Positions 48,493 through 57,886 of a stretch of 64,000 bases of DNA are shown one piece after another. This stretch comes from Lentisphaeria bacterium. GTDB taxonomy: Bacteria > Verrucomicrobiota > Lentisphaeria > JABSQK01 > JAWLHB01. A program made the position numbers and the translations under genes. Under the pieces are notes generated by a model that saw only the letters and a list, made by a program, of their open reading frames with translations, was not told where the DNA came from and did not search any database. Each line of letters opens with the position of its first letter. Position 1 is the first letter of the stretch. The stretch is taken from NCBI GenBank assembly GCA_041690595.1, contig JAWLHB010000006.1, positions 124,001-188,000 on the forward strand, given 5' to 3'.

Positions 48493-49230
48493 CTACGGCA
48501 GATTGATGGCGGCAATACGGTGACCGACAAAGAAGGGGCCGAGGCTTTCCAGCCACTCGGAGGTCTGCTTCGTCTGTCGCATATCTTCGACAAGGCGCGA
48601 GAGTGGGTGCAGGTCGGGACCAACCAGACCGATGAGGAACTCGTTATCGTCGCGATCGAGTCCAAAGCATTTGAGGCGGATATCCTGGGCAAGACCGGCT
48701 TCACCATAGGTGCGGCCAAGCAGGCCGTGTTCGGCCAGAATCCGCCCGCTGTCACGACGTTCGAGCTGGTAGAAGGCGGGTTTGCGGCGCAGGGGATACC
48801 AGATCGCCCACGGCATCCGGGGATCGGCAAGACGTTGCGGCACCTGGCGCAGCAGCCACTCCTCGAGATTCTGCTCCCGCCCGGAACCATAGGTCCGCCC
48901 GACCATCGTGAACTCCGGAACCGGAGTCAGGTCGGCAAAGGCGCTCTCCCGCACAAGCCTGCGCAGGTCACCGGAAAGCAGCGCCGGATCTTCTGCCACA
49001 CTGACGACGCCGATCCCCAGAGGATCGTTGAAATCCCCATAGATAACCATGCCCGACGAGCAGTGTTCGCGCGCCGCGGCAACCAGCTCGTCGGTATCTT
49101 CGACATCGGTGAAGAGCTGCAACTGCACATACATGCGGCGATCGAGCTGCTGGGGCTTGCCGTCAATCGGCGCACCATGCTCCATCATGTCGGGGGCTTC
49201 GGGCCGGGGCATCGGGTGGTCGGGCGGCAT
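48493..49230 (-). CDS. Chlorite dismutase family protein, ChdC/HemQ-like
   Basis: WYPLRRK, ILAEHGLLGRTY (proximal His), FGLDRDDNEF, LVEDMR..KQTS, GPFFVG. Confidence 0.8.
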   Translation of the reverse strand: MPPDHPMPRPEAPDMMEHGAPIDGKPQQLDRRMYVQLQLFTDVEDTDELVAAAREHCSSGMVIYGDFNDPLGIGVVSVAEDPALLSGDLRRLVRESAFADLTPVPEFTMVGRTYGSGREQNLEEWLLRQVPQRLADPRMPWAIWYPLRRKPAFYQLERRDSGRILAEHGLLGRTYGEAGLAQDIRLKCFGLDRDDNEFLIGLVGPDLHPLSRLVEDMRQTKQTSEWLESLGPFFVGHRIAAINLP

Positions 49231-49312
49231 CCACTATCTCCTGGTGTAAGGCTGGTTTCTGGTTCATTGCCAGCAAGAAGGTAGAGTCAGCCGCCCGCCA
49301 TGTCAACCTGGC

Positions 49313-50203
49313 TCATGCCTGCGTCTCGAACGGGCGCACACCGCGCACCATGAAACCGTGCTGATTCTCCTTGGTCGCCTGCTCCTTGACCTTGTCCGCT
49401 TTCTCGCGATCAGCGACATTGGTGGCGCTCACCGTGATGAAGTCATTGGCGGCCCGGTAGCGATGGATGAAGACGGGGCGCGGCTGATCGGTGTAGTTGG
49501 GCTTGCTCCCATGGATTGTCTTGACATGGAAGAAGATGGAATCGCCGGCTTCTCCCTCGATGGGAAGCGCCTTCTCCCACGGCCATTCACGGTCGTCGAG
49601 TCCCAGGTGCGAAAGCGTATCCACATGTTTGAGGATGCCCAGCTTGTGAGAACCGGGAACGACGTAAAGAGCCCCCCGCTCGATGGAGGTATCGACGGCA
49701 TAGTTCAGCATGGCAAAGGGCCCCTCGAAGCGATGTTCGAAGTAGGCGCCGTCCTGATGCAGGTTCTTGGGATGGCCGCCAACCGGTTCCTTGACCAGGC
49801 ACTGCCCATTCATGAAGAGCTCGATGTTCGGACCAAGAACGGCTTCCGCCAAGTCGAGCGTGGGCGTGTGGAAGGTGGACCGCAGGAACGCGCTGCTGAT
49901 CATGTAGCTGCACGAGACTACCATGATCTGCTTGTCGCGTGTGAAGCTTTTCGGTGCCGGAATCCAGAGGGTCCCGTCAGGAGTCCCCCAGCCATTGGGG
50001 TTCTTCGTTGCCTTGTCATAGAGACTCATGGCCAGATCGAAGCGACGCATGATATCGGCGCGGATCTCGTCCACGTACGGTTTCATCAGGCCACGCACAA
50101 CCAGGCAGCCATGCTCCTGATAAGCGGCGGCGGCTTCATGGACATCCAGGGTATCGGCCTGGAATTCAATGTCAGACACGTTGATGGAAGGGGAATCGAT
50201 CAT
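49313..50203 (-). CDS. PhyH family Fe(II)/2OG dioxygenase
   Basis: YQEHGC, LHQDGAYF, GALYVVPGSHK, TIHGSKPN. Confidence 0.88.
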   Translation of the reverse strand: MIDSPSINVSDIEFQADTLDVHEAAAAYQEHGCLVVRGLMKPYVDEIRADIMRRFDLAMSLYDKATKNPNGWGTPDGTLWIPAPKSFTRDKQIMVVSCSYMISSAFLRSTFHTPTLDLAEAVLGPNIELFMNGQCLVKEPVGGHPKNLHQDGAYFEHRFEGPFAMLNYAVDTSIERGALYVVPGSHKLGILKHVDTLSHLGLDDREWPWEKALPIEGEAGDSIFFHVKTIHGSKPNYTDQPRPVFIHRYRAANDFITVSATNVADREKADKVKEQATKENQHGFMVRGVRPFETQA

Positions 50204-50321
50204 GGTAAGACTCGTGTTCAGTGATTTGTGACTATCAGGGGTGCTGTATCTAAGTTAAGAGCTGTACGACTCGACAGGCATGCCGGAAAGCGATATAGTT
50301 GTATCCGAAAGCGAGACCGCC

Positions 50322-51146
50322 ATGCCACCTGCCCCATACGACATCGTCAAGCCGGACCGACTGAACCTGCGCGTCCTCACGTGGGGAAGTCTCCGCATCG
50401 GCACGGAGTGGAATGCGGCCGATGTCCGCAGCAGCTACTGGCGTCTCTACCGCAACAGCTCCCACGGCGCCTCCTTGAGCCTGCCCGTTGGCAGCTACAC
50501 GCTCACCCCCGGCCAGTTCCATTTCGTCCCCCCATGGGTCCACTTCAGTTGTCGTTGCCGGACCGAGCTGGATCATTGGTATGTACACTTCGACACCATC
50601 GGACTTCCCGGGGGTGTCATCCGCGACATCTTCTCGGCTCCCTGCGCGTTGCCCCAGGATGAGGCGCTGAACGCCGCCCTCGCCGCGCTGCTCGACGGCC
50701 AGACTTACGGGCATCCTCTCGCCTTCCAACTGGCGCTCAAAGGACTCGTCCACACGGCTCTCGCCAAGCTGATGGCGCAACTGCCTCCGCCAGAAGCCGA
50801 CCGCTGCGCCATGCTCGCCCAGGGCGATCATCCGGTCCAGGCGGCTCTCAGCCATATCGAATCGCACCTCCGCGAGACGCTGAGCAACGACCTGCTGGCC
50901 CAGCTCTGCCATTACAGCGAAGATCATTTCATCCGGGTATTCCGCCAGATCACCGGCCAGTCACCGGCACAGTACATCATCGAACGGCGGGTGGCCAAAG
51001 CGGCCAACCTCCTGCTCTTCAGCGATGCATCCATCGAACAGGTGGCGGAACGCTCCGGCTTTCCCAACCGCTTCTACTTCTCGCGCGTCTTCAGCAAGCG
51101 GCTGGGCGTTTCGCCGGCGGCCTATCGCGAAGCCACGCGAGTGTGA
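50322..51146 (+). CDS. AraC family transcriptional regulator
   Basis: C-terminal HTH: LAQLCHYSEDHFIRVFR...GFPNRFYFSRVFSK..GVSPAAYR. Confidence 0.93.
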   Translation: MPPAPYDIVKPDRLNLRVLTWGSLRIGTEWNAADVRSSYWRLYRNSSHGASLSLPVGSYTLTPGQFHFVPPWVHFSCRCRTELDHWYVHFDTIGLPGGVIRDIFSAPCALPQDEALNAALAALLDGQTYGHPLAFQLALKGLVHTALAKLMAQLPPPEADRCAMLAQGDHPVQAALSHIESHLRETLSNDLLAQLCHYSEDHFIRVFRQITGQSPAQYIIERRVAKAANLLLFSDASIEQVAERSGFPNRFYFSRVFSKRLGVSPAAYREATRV

Positions 51147-53009
51147 TCATGCTCCGGGCACACGGCGTTCTTCCTCGCCCCCATTGTCCGGCGGCCGCAG
51201 ATCTTCCGGGTCGGCGGCTGCAATCCGCGATGCCCAGCTGGGGCCCTCAGGCGCGGTGGGGACATTGCCGGTGAAGCGCTCCAAGACATCCATGGCCAGC
51301 ACTCGCGGACTCTCCGCGCCCCATGAACCTTCCGGAATCAGCCGAATACCCTCGCATTCAGCCTGCGCCTTCACATACACCAGGCGCTGATAGTTTTCCT
51401 CCGTCCGGTGAATAGTCTCCCAGGTACCATGGCGGAGCGCCTCGACACGGAATGCCTTGAGCAGCCGCTTCGGCACGGCACAACGGTTGCCCTTGAGCGG
51501 GAAGCTGCATGGCATGCGCTTGACGTCGCGCAAGTCGCTGTCCAGCACCAGGCGCAAGCCTTCAACCGTCACGGGAGCACTCCAGCGGAACGTCAGCGGC
51601 GTACCTTGATCGGCTTGCCAGCTGTGTGGCTCCTTCTCGAAATCGCGGTCGATCCCATCACGCACCAGCTCCGCCTTCTCGCCACCGTCCACGCTGGCAG
51701 TACGGGTAAGGTCGGAGACCTGGCGCCGCAGGCCGGGCAGCCAGACATCGTCATGCATGAGCTGCTGCTGCAGACGCGGCACCAGACTCGGATAGAGGGC
51801 CGCCGGCGCACAGCCAAGCTCGACACAGAGCGCCGCCGCCGTTCCCACCGCCTGCCCCAGCAGACAGCAGGTCGCCATCACCCGAGTGGAAGACAAGGCC
51901 GCATGCGTCACGGAGATGTTCCGACCCGCAAAGAAGAGGTTGCTGATGTTCCGCGAGAAGAGGCTGCGGTAGGGTATGCCATAGGGACACGGAGCCGGAT
52001 GGAAGATGGTCGGCGCCCCTGGATAAAGGAGGCCAGCCGGGTGATGATCGTCCATGGACCAGCCGCCATAGGCGACCATGTCGTCAAACTTGCCGCCCGA
52101 GCGGATGTCGTTCTGCGTGAGGATGTGGGGGCCCATGAACCGCCGGTTTTCGCGCTTGCCGGGCAGACTGCCAAGCCACTCCAGCGCCCAGTTCCTGGCT
52201 TTCTCCCGCTCTGGCGCACGATTCTTGATATAGTCCCACACACCGTATGCCGCCTTCATCAACTCGTCGCGGATGCGCTCGGCATCGTGAATCGTGTCAT
52301 TCAAACCGCCCAACTCGATCCACCAGAAGTTGTGCCCGTTGATCCCATGCATCCGACGAGGAAAGTCCTCCGGGCTGGTGAATTTGTAGGCCCAGCGGGG
52401 AGGTATGAAATCCTGCGGTTCATCCGTCTTGCGCAGCTGGATGAGGAGCGAATTGCCCATGGTCTTGTCGTCGCCGACAAACGGCTGAATATCCTCGTCA
52501 AACTCCTCCCGTGCTTCACGGCCAGTGCGGAAGTCGGCGCCGGCAGCCGGAGCGAGAATGCTGTCGCCGGAACAATCGATGAAGTGGCGCGCATGGACGG
52601 TGAAACGGGTCTGGCTGGTCAGTTGCCATGCATCGACCGATTCGATGGCGCCATTGCTGACGGTTGCCCCATGGCACGAGCAGTTGAGCAACATCCGCAA
52701 ATTGGGCTGAAACGCGATCTTCTCATAAAGCACGCTGTCCCAGATGGAGTAAACGCCCGCGTTGTTCCGGTAGCAGTTCTCCAGCTGAATCTCCTCGAGG
52801 ATGCCGGTCTCCTTGTTCTCCGCGCCTCCGGCCCCGCAGATCCACATCCGGACCTCCGACGACGCATTCCCGCCAAAGACCGGCCGATCATGGATCAGAA
52901 CGGTTCTCGCCCCATTTCGTGCCGCGGCTATCGCTGCGCACATGCCTGACATGCCGCCGCCGACGACGCAGACATCCGCTTCCAGTATCTCGCGCGGAAA
53001 AGCTTTCAT
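51147..53009 (-). CDS. FAD-dependent oxidoreductase (FAD_oxidored family)
   Basis: VVGGGMSG, RPVFGGNASSE, DCSGD, GKRENRR, FFAGRNIS, STRVMATC. Confidence 0.9.
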   Translation of the reverse strand: MKAFPREILEADVCVVGGGMSGMCAAIAAARNGARTVLIHDRPVFGGNASSEVRMWICGAGGAENKETGILEEIQLENCYRNNAGVYSIWDSVLYEKIAFQPNLRMLLNCSCHGATVSNGAIESVDAWQLTSQTRFTVHARHFIDCSGDSILAPAAGADFRTGREAREEFDEDIQPFVGDDKTMGNSLLIQLRKTDEPQDFIPPRWAYKFTSPEDFPRRMHGINGHNFWWIELGGLNDTIHDAERIRDELMKAAYGVWDYIKNRAPEREKARNWALEWLGSLPGKRENRRFMGPHILTQNDIRSGGKFDDMVAYGGWSMDDHHPAGLLYPGAPTIFHPAPCPYGIPYRSLFSRNISNLFFAGRNISVTHAALSSTRVMATCCLLGQAVGTAAALCVELGCAPAALYPSLVPRLQQQLMHDDVWLPGLRRQVSDLTRTASVDGGEKAELVRDGIDRDFEKEPHSWQADQGTPLTFRWSAPVTVEGLRLVLDSDLRDVKRMPCSFPLKGNRCAVPKRLLKAFRVEALRHGTWETIHRTEENYQRLVYVKAQAECEGIRLIPEGSWGAESPRVLAMDVLERFTGNVPTAPEGPSWASRIAAADPEDLRPPDNGGEEERRVPGA

Positions 53010-53172
53010 GAAAACTGCCTTCTGCTGGTGTTGTGCCTGGTGACCTCCATATCATGGCTGGAGATGGACGTTCTCGCCACCCAACGCGGAAGATTCTCCG
53101 GCCTTTCCGCGCCGGCGGCCCTCTCCCCGGAGGAGAGAAGACCACCTCGCAGGATTCCAGACAACGCCTTGC

Positions 53173-55470
53173 CTAGCCGGCGGTCACCCGCAGAAGCTGC
53201 TCCAGATTGGTATCACCTTTGAAGATCTTGTAGACGCCGTCCTGCAGGATCGTGCGCATGCCGTCCTTCATTGCCTGTACCCGGATCTCCTCCACCGTCG
53301 ACCGTTTGGCAACGAGCTTCTTCAGGGCATCGGTAGCTTCCATCAGCTCATGGACACCGGTACGTCCCCGGTACCCGGTCTGCCCACACTTCGGACAGCC
53401 CACCGGACGGCAGATCTGCGCTGTGCGCGGGTCGATGTTCAGCTCCGGGAAGTAATTCTCGCCGTAGTAGTGACTGAGTCTTGCCATCTCTTCCGCGCTG
53501 GGCGTATACGGCTCCTTGCAGTCCTTGCAGAGCGTCCGGACCAGCCGCTGCGCGAGCACACCGACAAAGGCATCCGAGAAGTTCATCGGGTCGAGCCCCA
53601 TGTCGAGCAGACGGACGACGGTTTCAGGTGCCGAGTTCGTATGCAGGGTGGAGAAGACCAGATGTCCGGTGAGGGAGGCCTCGATTCCGCTGTGGGCGGT
53701 CTCATGGTCGCGCATTTCACCAATCAAAATGACATCCGGGTCGCAGCGCAGGAAGGCTCGCAACGCCGTGGCAAAGGTCAAACCGATGCGGCTGTGCACC
53801 TGGACCTGCTGCAGTCCCGGTTGGGTGATTTCCACTGGATCTTCGGCCGTCAGGATCTTGCGGTCAGGCTTGTTGATGAAGCCCAGCCAGGCATGCAGCG
53901 TCGTCGTCTTACCCGAGCCCGTCGGCCCCACCACCAGGATGATCCCATGGGGATGCGCCAGCATCCGCTGCGCCGATTCCTCGTTCCGTGCCGTCAGGTT
54001 GAGCTTCTCGAAGGGGAGCGGCTCACCGGCGGCAAGCACACGCATGACCGCGCTTTCCCCATTCACCGTCGGCAGCGTGGCAACACGCAACTCCAGCGGT
54101 CTGCCGGACATCTTCACCGAGATCTTACCATCCTGAGGTTTGCGCCGCTCCGCAATATCCAGCTTGGACAGGATCTTGATACGTGCCACGACAGCCCGCA
54201 TGTTCTGCGCCGGGATGCTCAGCACTTCTCGGCATACACCGTCCACACGCATCCGGACCACACCCGCCGACTCGTCCCGCCGAGGCTCCACGTGAATATC
54301 CGAAGCATTCATCTCGACCGCATCCACGATCAGACGATTGACCAGGTTCACGATGGCGGACGAATTCTCGTCCAGCAGCTCATCGCTGTCGCGCTCGAAT
54401 TCGCTCGTTACCTCGATCAGGGATTCTTCCTGCAGCTGTTCGACGATCTGTTCGAGGTCAACTTCCTCCTCCTCATCCTCCAGCGCGGCAAGTTCATAAC
54501 CCAGATACCGCAGAATGTCCTCCTGCAGGCCGACGCGTATTTCGAAGGTCTGGGCGCCGAGAAGATGCTGGATCTCCATCAGCTTGTCGGAATCGTTGGG
54601 ATTGTCGATGAGGATGAGCGTCTCCCCATCCGGTGTCTGCAGCGGCACCCAGTAGTTCTTGGCCAGGTAGGTGACGTTCAGGGCCTGCAGCAGCTCCTGA
54701 TCGACCAGCATCTGCTCGTCGAAGTTCAGAAATGGGACCTGGTAGAACTGCGCCAGCGAATGCCCCAGCTCTTCGCGCGGCACCTCGAACATCTTGCCCA
54801 GCATCACCGAAATCGGATATCCGTGCGTCCGTGCTTTTTCCTCTGCCTGATCCAGCTCATCCAGGCTGATACGCTTGGTCTGAATCAGGTAATCGTAGGG
54901 GCCCGACGTGCTCTTCAGCTCGTAGCGGAACTTGCTGGCTATCACCTTGGCGATGGCCAACGCATGAATCACGTCCTGCTCCGAGAAGTCGCCGCCGCCT
55001 TGCCGATTGATCACCTGCAGCACGCCCAGCAGCGTCTCCTTGTGGCGGATCGGCACCACGACCATGCTCTCCGTCAGGTACCCCGTATCATGATCGTAGC
55101 TGCTGTCGAAGGTCAGTTGCGGATGGATCGCCGAGAGCGCTTCCGCATCGTAGACATCCTGGATGAGAATCGGCCGATGGCTCATGGCCACATAGCCGGC
55201 AATCGAGGTGGGGCTGATCGGCAGCCGGATCTCCTCCATGTCGTCGCCGCTGGTGCGGTACCACGAGATGATCTCGCCGGTCTGCCCATCCTTGCGGTAA
55301 ATCGTCAGCCGCTCCGCCTGCATCAGGTCGAGCACATCCTGCTCGAGTTCCCAAATGATGTCTTCGAAGTGATCGGCTTCGTGAATGCGCTGGTAGATCA
55401 GGTTCAGCTTGGTCTGGTACTCGATCGAACCGTGACCGAGCGACATCGTCCCATCTTCCATGGTGGCCAT
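53173..55470 (-). CDS. GAF domain + GspE/PilB family secretion ATPase
   Basis: GAF (SIAGYVA, FDSSYD..TGY, GVLQVIN); ASDIHVEP, GPTGSGKTTTL, EDPVE, DPDVILIGEMRD, STLHTN, CKDC...CPKC. Confidence 0.92.
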   Translation of the reverse strand: MATMEDGTMSLGHGSIEYQTKLNLIYQRIHEADHFEDIIWELEQDVLDLMQAERLTIYRKDGQTGEIISWYRTSGDDMEEIRLPISPTSIAGYVAMSHRPILIQDVYDAEALSAIHPQLTFDSSYDHDTGYLTESMVVVPIRHKETLLGVLQVINRQGGGDFSEQDVIHALAIAKVIASKFRYELKSTSGPYDYLIQTKRISLDELDQAEEKARTHGYPISVMLGKMFEVPREELGHSLAQFYQVPFLNFDEQMLVDQELLQALNVTYLAKNYWVPLQTPDGETLILIDNPNDSDKLMEIQHLLGAQTFEIRVGLQEDILRYLGYELAALEDEEEEVDLEQIVEQLQEESLIEVTSEFERDSDELLDENSSAIVNLVNRLIVDAVEMNASDIHVEPRRDESAGVVRMRVDGVCREVLSIPAQNMRAVVARIKILSKLDIAERRKPQDGKISVKMSGRPLELRVATLPTVNGESAVMRVLAAGEPLPFEKLNLTARNEESAQRMLAHPHGIILVVGPTGSGKTTTLHAWLGFINKPDRKILTAEDPVEITQPGLQQVQVHSRIGLTFATALRAFLRCDPDVILIGEMRDHETAHSGIEASLTGHLVFSTLHTNSAPETVVRLLDMGLDPMNFSDAFVGVLAQRLVRTLCKDCKEPYTPSAEEMARLSHYYGENYFPELNIDPRTAQICRPVGCPKCGQTGYRGRTGVHELMEATDALKKLVAKRSTVEEIRVQAMKDGMRTILQDGVYKIFKGDTNLEQLLRVTAG

Positions 55471-55671
55471 GAATTAGTCCCTCTAATGCAGCGGTGATGG
55501 CTGTGGCACCACCTATTTCCGAATCTCCCGCCCATGGTTGGAAAAACTGCCCCGACCGCCCCAAAACGGTCAGCACAATCTGAGGAATGACCGACGCTGC
55601 CCTTGCACCAGCCCAAACCACCTTGACACTGTACCCATGAATGCCGGATAGTCAAGCCGCCTCATGCAGCT

Positions 55672-57759
55672 TCACCACCCCGCCCCCTGCCACTCCACCG
55701 TGAAACGGAACCTGGCGTCTTCCTCATACCACATCGGAAAATTCGTGCCCCACACATTGTTGTAGAGATTGACGTGCCAGCCGCGAGCAAGATTCGGCGG
55801 CGTGTTCGAATGGTGCAGGAGCATCGGTTCACCCGGTGCGACGAGGGCGGCATCGTAGCTGCGCAGCCGCAGGCTCTCCCCTTCAGCCTCGTACAACATG
55901 CCACCGTCCCCCACCGCGTGCAGATGGCGATTCCCGTCCGGCAGCACCTCCAGCGGTGAGATCGCTACCCCCAGCTTGTCCATGACCCACACATCCGGCT
56001 GGGGAACCGGCGGCGCAAGCACCATCCACAACGCCTCCGGCAAACGTGTCGCCGGCTTGTCGAACCAGCTCGCCGTCACCGCAAAATGGCGACCGCTGCC
56101 GGGAAAGTCGTACTCCACAAAGATCGAACCAGGTGCCCCGGCCTTCTCATGCACCTCTTCAGGCATCGTCAGTTCCGCGACAACCCGTACGCCCGCCGCC
56201 TCTTCCCTCAGCCCGAGCCGCAGCAACTCCGGTTGCCACACGGCCCGCACCGCCCCCGCATGCTCGAGCCCGGGCTTGCTGAAGTCCGGACATGCCCACC
56301 TGTACGTCTGCGCACGCTCCATGTTGATAGTGTACTCCTCCAGCCACCGCGCATAATCCTCCGCCCCAAACGTCTGATAGAGCACCCGCCCAACCGGATT
56401 GGCAAAGCCGGCGAAGTCACGGCCGGATTCCCGATGACGACACTCGATGAGCGCGCCGGTGTGATCGACGATCAGGCGAAAGGGGCCGGCGGCGAACGGC
56501 TCGCCCGCTGCCAGCACCTGCAGGTCGCTCATCCGCGGCTGCTCTGCTCTCAGGATCTTCGGCACCTCGTCACGCGCCTCTTTCCCAACCGGCGTATCCC
56601 TCAGCGCATCGACCGCCGAATCGAGATAGGCGCGCTGCTCGGCCCAGGAATGCTCCAGCTTGCTATAGCTCTGGCTATCCGAATCCAGGCGAAAGCGCGA
56701 GGCATATTCAAATTCTTCCGGCACCGCTTCCGTGACCGCATCCTTGAGGCGAGCCCGGCGAAAGCTCTCGCGGCTGTAGTTGACATAGTCCGAGAGGTGC
56801 GTCTTCACGTCCAGACCCCAGGTATGCTCGGGCACCATCAACAAGCGTCGGCTGAACTTCCGGACGGCAGGCGACGCGGCATCCAGAAGCCCCTCGCGCA
56901 GCCACCCGCGGCGACGGCGGCAGAGCTCCCGAAAGCGGGCGACTTTCGCCGGATCGGTCCCAACCCCATGTATCCAGGTATCACCGATCTCACCCTGGAT
57001 AAGCGGCAGGCCATGGCGGATGCGCCCCAACTCCCCGGCAAACCGATCCATGGTCGAGGCCATCACCACATCGCCCGCGAAGGCGTTCCTCAGCGTTACA
57101 AACTGCTCCCGCACCACATCCGCGCCCTGCGGCCCGCAGTTATCCCCCGTATGCGCGAACGCAATGACATGATCCAGCCCCGCCACGCTCATCGCCTTTC
57201 CATAGTTGCACTTGTGGTACATAGTCAGCAGCTCCGTGTCGCTGCTCAGGTCATGCCAGCGAAAGACATCGGGCACGGCCGGCGCGCGGGAAGCGGGGTT
57301 TACACCGATGTGCAGAAAGGTCACCCCCGCCCCGGCAAGACAGGGAACAATGCCGCGCGTATGCCCCGGCACATCCGTCATCTTCGCCGCTATCGTATGG
57401 CGGCCAAAGCGCTGATCCAGTTCCCGGGAAAGGCTTAGCCCAAAGCGGAACAGATCCTCGTCCATCAGCTCGCTGTGCGTCGTGAAGGGTAACGCGTGCC
57501 AGCAGATATCCCCTTCCGCGATCGCCTCCTCCATCAGCCGCCGCTCCTCCCCATCCTTACGCTCCAGATATTCGTAGATGAGCCAGGAACCCGTCGTCCA
57601 GATGAAGCGCGCATCCCCACCTTCCTCCCGGAGCTGGCGGGCCAACCCGATCGCCCGCGGGATGTAGTTGTCCATGTACCGACTGACCACGCTGGCGGCA
57701 AAGTCGGTAAAGCCCACATCCAGATGGGTCTTGAAGATCACGTGAACTGTCTTAGCCAT
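55672..57759 (-). CDS. DUF5054 / GH38-like glycoside hydrolase
   Basis: VIFKTHLDVGFTD, TDVPGHT, EIGDTWIHG, PEHTWG, LYNNVWGTNFPMW. Confidence 0.82.
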   Translation of the reverse strand: MAKTVHVIFKTHLDVGFTDFAASVVSRYMDNYIPRAIGLARQLREEGGDARFIWTTGSWLIYEYLERKDGEERRLMEEAIAEGDICWHALPFTTHSELMDEDLFRFGLSLSRELDQRFGRHTIAAKMTDVPGHTRGIVPCLAGAGVTFLHIGVNPASRAPAVPDVFRWHDLSSDTELLTMYHKCNYGKAMSVAGLDHVIAFAHTGDNCGPQGADVVREQFVTLRNAFAGDVVMASTMDRFAGELGRIRHGLPLIQGEIGDTWIHGVGTDPAKVARFRELCRRRRGWLREGLLDAASPAVRKFSRRLLMVPEHTWGLDVKTHLSDYVNYSRESFRRARLKDAVTEAVPEEFEYASRFRLDSDSQSYSKLEHSWAEQRAYLDSAVDALRDTPVGKEARDEVPKILRAEQPRMSDLQVLAAGEPFAAGPFRLIVDHTGALIECRHRESGRDFAGFANPVGRVLYQTFGAEDYARWLEEYTINMERAQTYRWACPDFSKPGLEHAGAVRAVWQPELLRLGLREEAAGVRVVAELTMPEEVHEKAGAPGSIFVEYDFPGSGRHFAVTASWFDKPATRLPEALWMVLAPPVPQPDVWVMDKLGVAISPLEVLPDGNRHLHAVGDGGMLYEAEGESLRLRSYDAALVAPGEPMLLHHSNTPPNLARGWHVNLYNNVWGTNFPMWYEEDARFRFTVEWQGAGW

Positions 57760-57886
57760 CGCAGCCCCCAAAGTCATGCATCGAAAAGAACGGTTTTGCC
57801 AGAGTTACAATGCCCGCATTCTACCGCGAATGCCAGGCCGCCCCAAACCTTCACTCCGTCGCCCAAGAGCAAAGGCGCATGAAACA

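Noticed and set aside
30088..55497. Other long shadow ORFs (e.g. 30088-31923 -, 51408-52949 +, 53350-55497 +)
   Set aside because: They lie opposite clearly identified genes (ahcY, FAD oxidoreductase, GspE/PilB).
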